Assembly (NCBI GenBank): GCA_017446025.1 | Contig: JAFSRR010000095.1 | Coordinates: 14,081 to 78,080 of the forward strand | DNA length: 64,000 bases | Direction of reading: 5' to 3' | DNA from: Bacteroidales bacterium | GTDB lineage: Bacteria; Bacteroidota; Bacteroidia; Bacteroidales; UBA1402 | In this document: positions 60,548 to 64,000 of the stretch, one piece after another | Layout of the letters: each line of letters opens with the position of its first letter | Position numbering within the stretch: position 1 is the first letter of the stretch | Position numbers and translations under genes: made by a program | The notes under the pieces: model-generated | Seen by the model: the letters and a program-made list of their open reading frames with translations, nothing else | The model's database searches: none | Told to the model about the DNA's origin: nothing

Positions 60548-63451
60548 TTAGTAACCGAACAAGGTTTCAAGACTGAGCCGGGTCACCGGACCGTAGCTTT
60601 CGAGCACTTTGAAATCAACATCGTTTTCATCGCCCAAAATGCCGTAGAAACAAGGACGTCCCTTGATGGTCTGCTGCTGGAAGGCCTTGACATCCTCCAG
60701 CGTGATATCCTGGATCTTTTCGAACAGATACTTGTTGATATCATAGTCGAGATTCAGGTCTTCCATGTCCAGGTAATGGCCCATGATGGCATAGCGGGTC
60801 ACACGCTCGGTGCGCAGCCGGGCGTCCATACCGTCCTTGGCAAGCCGGAAGGCAGCCTCCGACTCGGGCATGTTGTTCAGGATCTCGTCAAAAGCCTCCA
60901 AGGCGTCTTTCATCTTGTCGGTCTGGGTACCGATCACGGTGATCATCGTGTAGGGTTTGTCGGCCTTGCCGTACGAGGCATAGGCAGCCCCGGCCGAATA
61001 AGCCAGACCGCGGGCTTCACGCATCTCCTGGAAGACGATGCTGTTCATGCCGCCGCCGAAATACTCGTTGTACATTTCGCGGATCGGTTCCTTCTCGACA
61101 TCGTAGGCTTCGCCCAGGTTGGAAGCCGATGCCATGTAGAGCTGCTTGGCATTGTAGGGAGCGAAAAAGACCTGGCTTTTCTCCACCTTGACAAAGGGGA
61201 AGTCCACAGCCTGCGGGTAGTCGTTGAGAGAGGCCGGTACCTGATGCTTTTCAGCCAACTGGGCCAGCAGGTCCTCCTCGCTGAGCGGGCCGTAATAAAG
61301 GACACGATGCTTGTAGGTTTTCAGCGACTTGATGACCGACAGCAGGTCTTCGGGACGCAACTGGGAGAGTTCCTTGTCAGAGAGGACATTGGTGGCCGGT
61401 GACTTGGAACCGTAGTTCAGATAGCCGCGCAGACGGTTGAACACCTGGTTCTGGCTCAGTTTGGCATCGCGGCGCGACTTGATCACGTCGCCGATCATGT
61501 TGTAGAATGCGGTGGGGTTTTCCTGGGCATCGGTCAGCAGGTCTTCCATGAGGGCCAGTGCCTCGGGCATCTTCTCGGCCAGGCCGCTGATGGTGATGTC
61601 GGCATCCTCGGTCGTGGCCGACATGCGCCAGTTGCAAGCCAGTTTGTAGAGATCCTGCTGGATCTGCTCGGCGGTGTACTGGCTGGTACCCAAATATTCA
61701 AGATAGGTGAATGCCAGGTTGAGCAGGCGGTTGTTGTTGGTCCCCATATCGAAATGATAGGTCAGGCGGAACAGGTCGTTCTCCTTGTTCTGGACATAGA
61801 GCACGGGGATGTCCGACTGGGCCTTGCACTGGGCCATGTCCTTGTCGAAATCGACGAAGACCGGCTCGATGGGCTTGACAGAGGAAGAGAGGATGTCCTG
61901 CAGGAACTGGCTGGAGGCATCGCGGTTGGTCAGGATGGGGGTAATGGCCGGCTTGGTGATTTTCTTTTCGTTCACATCCACTCCCTGACGCTTGTAGATC
62001 AGGGCATAGCCATCGTTGAGCCATTCATTGGCAAACTTCACGAGATCTTCTTTCGTGATGGAACCCAGGCGGCTCAGGCGAGCCACTTCGTCGGCCCAGT
62101 CAACATGGTTGATGAAAGCGTTGACAAACATGTCGGCGCGGCCTTCATTGGTCTGCGTGCGCTGCATCTGCTGGAGCTTGAAGTTGTTGATGGTGGCCTC
62201 CAGCAAAAAGTCGTCGAACTTGCCGGCTTTCAGGTCGGCAATCTCGGCCAGCATCAGGTCCTTGACCTCGTCGAGGCTCTGCCCCTGCTTGGGATATCCC
62301 TGTACGAGGAAAGCACTGTAGTCGGCCATGTCGTAGATACCGCAGCCGGCACCCAGCACTTTCTGCTGCTGGTTCAAGTGCAGGTCGAACAGACCGGCCT
62401 TGCCGTTGGAAACGATGCCGTCGATGAGCGAGAGCATGTCATATTCACTGCTGCTCAGTCCCGGGAAGCGCCATCCCATCGTCACATTTTCGGCTTCCAG
62501 TCCATAGACCTCCGACACAATCGGTGCCTCGGCAGGTGTCTCCGGCTCGTAGGTGAGCTGGGGCAGATTGTCCGATGCCTTCAGATGGCCGAAGTACTTC
62601 TTGATGATGCGGATCATCTGATTGGGGTCGAAATCGCCCGACAGGCAGATGGCCATATTGTTGGGCACGTAATAGATGTCGTAGAAATGTTTGATGTTGG
62701 TGATCGAGGGGTTCTTCAGGTTTTCCTGCGTGCCCAGCACCGTCTGCTGTCCGTAGGGGTGATGGGGGAAGAGCGACGAGAGCATCTGTTCATAGACCTT
62801 GCGGCTGTCGCTGGTCAGGGAGCGGTTCTTCTCTTCATAGACCGTCTCCAGCTCGGTATGGAAGCCGCGGATCACGACATTCTCAAAGCGGTCGGCCTGG
62901 ATCTTGGCCCAGTTCTCGATCTGGTTGGAAGGGATGTCCTCGGTATAGACCGTCATGTCGTAGCCCGTGTAGGCATTGGTGCCCGAAGCGCCGATGGCCG
63001 TCATCAGCTTGTCGTATTCATTGGGGATGAACAGCTTGGAGGCCTCATAGGAGACACTGTCTATCTGATGGTAGATAGCCTGGCGTTCGGCTTCGTCGGT
63101 CTTGGTGCGATATACCTCGAAAAGGGCCTCGATCTCGTCGAGCATGGGTTTTTCCTTTTCATAGTCCATCGTGCCAAACTGCTTGGTACCTTTGAACATG
63201 AGGTGTTCGAAATAATGGGCCAGGCCGGTCGTTTCGGCCGGGTCGTTCTTACCGCCGGCACGCACGGCAATATAGGTCTGGATACGCGGTTCGTTCTTGT
63301 TGACCGTCATATACACCTTCAAGCCGTTGTCGAGGGTATAGATGCGCGCGTTCAGGGGATCGTTTTCGACCGTTTCGTAGGAACGGTTGCAGCAGGCATT
63401 CAACGCCAGAAGCATCACGGCTGCCAGTAGCCCGTAAGTGAGTCTTTTCAT
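60548..63451 (-). CDS. M16-family (insulinase/pitrilysin-like) zinc peptidase, double-length
   Basis: 967 aa from MKRLTYGLLAAVMLLALNAC (lipobox), with the inverted zinc motif HYFEHLMFKG. The start was trimmed from the longer ORF. Confidence 0.9.
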   Translation of the reverse strand: MKRLTYGLLAAVMLLALNACCNRSYETVENDPLNARIYTLDNGLKVYMTVNKNEPRIQTYIAVRAGGKNDPAETTGLAHYFEHLMFKGTKQFGTMDYEKEKPMLDEIEALFEVYRTKTDEAERQAIYHQIDSVSYEASKLFIPNEYDKLMTAIGASGTNAYTGYDMTVYTEDIPSNQIENWAKIQADRFENVVIRGFHTELETVYEEKNRSLTSDSRKVYEQMLSSLFPHHPYGQQTVLGTQENLKNPSITNIKHFYDIYYVPNNMAICLSGDFDPNQMIRIIKKYFGHLKASDNLPQLTYEPETPAEAPIVSEVYGLEAENVTMGWRFPGLSSSEYDMLSLIDGIVSNGKAGLFDLHLNQQQKVLGAGCGIYDMADYSAFLVQGYPKQGQSLDEVKDLMLAEIADLKAGKFDDFLLEATINNFKLQQMQRTQTNEGRADMFVNAFINHVDWADEVARLSRLGSITKEDLVKFANEWLNDGYALIYKRQGVDVNEKKITKPAITPILTNRDASSQFLQDILSSSVKPIEPVFVDFDKDMAQCKAQSDIPVLYVQNKENDLFRLTYHFDMGTNNNRLLNLAFTYLEYLGTSQYTAEQIQQDLYKLACNWRMSATTEDADITISGLAEKMPEALALMEDLLTDAQENPTAFYNMIGDVIKSRRDAKLSQNQVFNRLRGYLNYGSKSPATNVLSDKELSQLRPEDLLSVIKSLKTYKHRVLYYGPLSEEDLLAQLAEKHQVPASLNDYPQAVDFPFVKVEKSQVFFAPYNAKQLYMASASNLGEAYDVEKEPIREMYNEYFGGGMNSIVFQEMREARGLAYSAGAAYASYGKADKPYTMITVIGTQTDKMKDALEAFDEILNNMPESEAAFRLAKDGMDARLRTERVTRYAIMGHYLDMEDLNLDYDINKYLFEKIQDITLEDVKAFQQQTIKGRPCFYGILGDENDVDFKVLESYGPVTRLSLETLFGY

Positions 63452-63482
63452 AGTTTTTTGTGTTGGTTTTGAATTTGTCGGC

Positions 63483-63514
63483 CAAAGGTATTCAATTCTA
63501 TCTTCATCACCAAA
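63483..63514 (-). promoter_or_regulatory. promoter of the M16 peptidase gene (TTTG-N20-TACCTTTG)
   Basis: Consensus elements on the minus strand. The -7 box ends 31 nt upstream of ATG 63451. Confidence 0.5.
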
Positions 63515-63545
63515 CAAAAAGAAGAGCCAGGCCGTAGCCTGACTC
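63511..63545 (-). terminator. rho-independent terminator after the glutamine synthetase gene
   Basis: Arms 63524-63532 and 63537-63545 pair at 8 of 9 positions around a 4-nt loop, followed on the minus strand by a T-rich run. Confidence 0.65.
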
Positions 63546-63572
63546 CTCCTCCAATCATGATCACAACCATTG

Positions 63573-64000
63573 TTATCTGATGAACAACAGTTCACGGTAT
63601 TTAGGCAGCGGCCAGAGACTGTCATCGACTATCAGTTCGAGCTTGTCGATCTGATAGCGGATGGTGTCGAGTTTCGGTTCCACGGTGTCGTGGTAGGCGA
63701 TAGCCTTTTCACGCTCACCCTCGATCTTGTTGGCCTTCTTGCGAGCCTCCACCAACTCTTCCACGCCCTTTTCGATAGCCGAGGTGCGCTCGGCGATCTC
63801 TTCGATGATCTTGAGGTTGCGGGCATTCAGTTTGTCAGCCTTTTCACTGGGGAATACGGTGGAAACACTGTCAACATTCTTCAACAAGGCCGACTGGTAG
63901 CTGGTGGCCACGGGGATGATATGGTTCATCGACAGGTCACCCAGGACACGGGCCTCGATCTGAATCTTCTTCGTATAAGTCTCCCACTTCACCTCGTTGC
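63573..64000 (-). CDS. glnA: glutamine synthetase type III, C-terminal part (gene continues beyond window)
   Basis: The open frame runs to the window edge. The C-terminal helical region (IQIEARVLGDLSMNHIIPVATSYQ..LWPLPKYRELLFIR) matches the GSIII (GlnN) tail known from Bacteroides. Confidence 0.8.
   Translation of the reverse strand, partial: NEVKWETYTKKIQIEARVLGDLSMNHIIPVATSYQSALLKNVDSVSTVFPSEKADKLNARNLKIIEEIAERTSAIEKGVEELVEARKKANKIEGEREKAIAYHDTVEPKLDTIRYQIDKLELIVDDSLWPLPKYRELLFIR

Noticed and set aside
1-64000. Window-wide look for CRISPR arrays, rRNA, IS elements, integrases, restriction-modification, toxin-antitoxin or other defence operons, and riboswitches upstream of ribH, gcvH, purE, guaA and panCD
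   Set aside because: None was found by eye. There are no arrays of regularly spaced repeats, no transposase, integrase or nuclease-like ORFs, and the intergenic gaps upstream of those genes are too short or lack the conserved riboswitch cores I can recall. A covariance-model scan would be needed to exclude small ncRNAs.

Overview
The window looks like chromosomal core DNA from a GC-rich member of the Bacteroidota, probably Bacteroidales. This is inferred from TTTG-N19-21-TAnnTTTG promoter boxes, T9SS-type C-terminal sorting domains, Bacteroidales-style gene families and the ileS-dksA-lspA-DUF4296 synteny. Coding density is high, with about 55 genes, and most are housekeeping. They cover:

- **Translation:** asnS, ileS, tRNA-Val, rluB, rnz, and TrmH-like and TrmN6-like methyltransferases.
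- **Nucleotide and cofactor synthesis:** purB, purE, guaA, ribH, panC, panD, ispG, gcvH, dCMP deaminase and 5-FTHF cyclo-ligase.
- **Replication and repair:** dnaX and recF with its DUF721 partner.
- **Transcription:** rpoN and an ECF sigma module.
- **Envelope:** BamA/TamA-like, lspA, M23, glucosaminidase-LysM and S41 proteins.
- **Proteases:** M3 and M16 peptidases.
- **Alpha-glucan metabolism:** a GH57, GT4 and debranching-enzyme operon, a phosphoglucomutase and a half-size GT5 synthase.

I found no CRISPR array, rRNA, transposase, integrase or recognisable defence or toxin operon. I do not see a convincing multi-gene novel system.

The most unusual item is a monocistronic 1320-aa protein at 28093-32055. 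It carries a T9SS sorting domain and is built almost entirely from a ~31-aa W/Y/D-rich, YD-like repeat.

Other items worth a second look:
- Two AT-rich orphan-gene islets sit in otherwise GC-rich DNA. One is bracketed by a 25-bp direct repeat that duplicates half of a terminator. The other lies between the ribH operon and recF, next to a palindrome-dense GC-rich element.
- A cytidine deaminase gene is frameshifted in a homopolymer.
- The tRNA-Val has C instead of U at position 33.
- Unusual low-complexity extensions occur on RluB (N-terminal Arg/Gly/Tyr/Asn repeats) and on the GH57 enzyme (C-terminal Lys/Ala/Pro tail).

All product calls rest on recognising translated motifs by eye. No searches were run.
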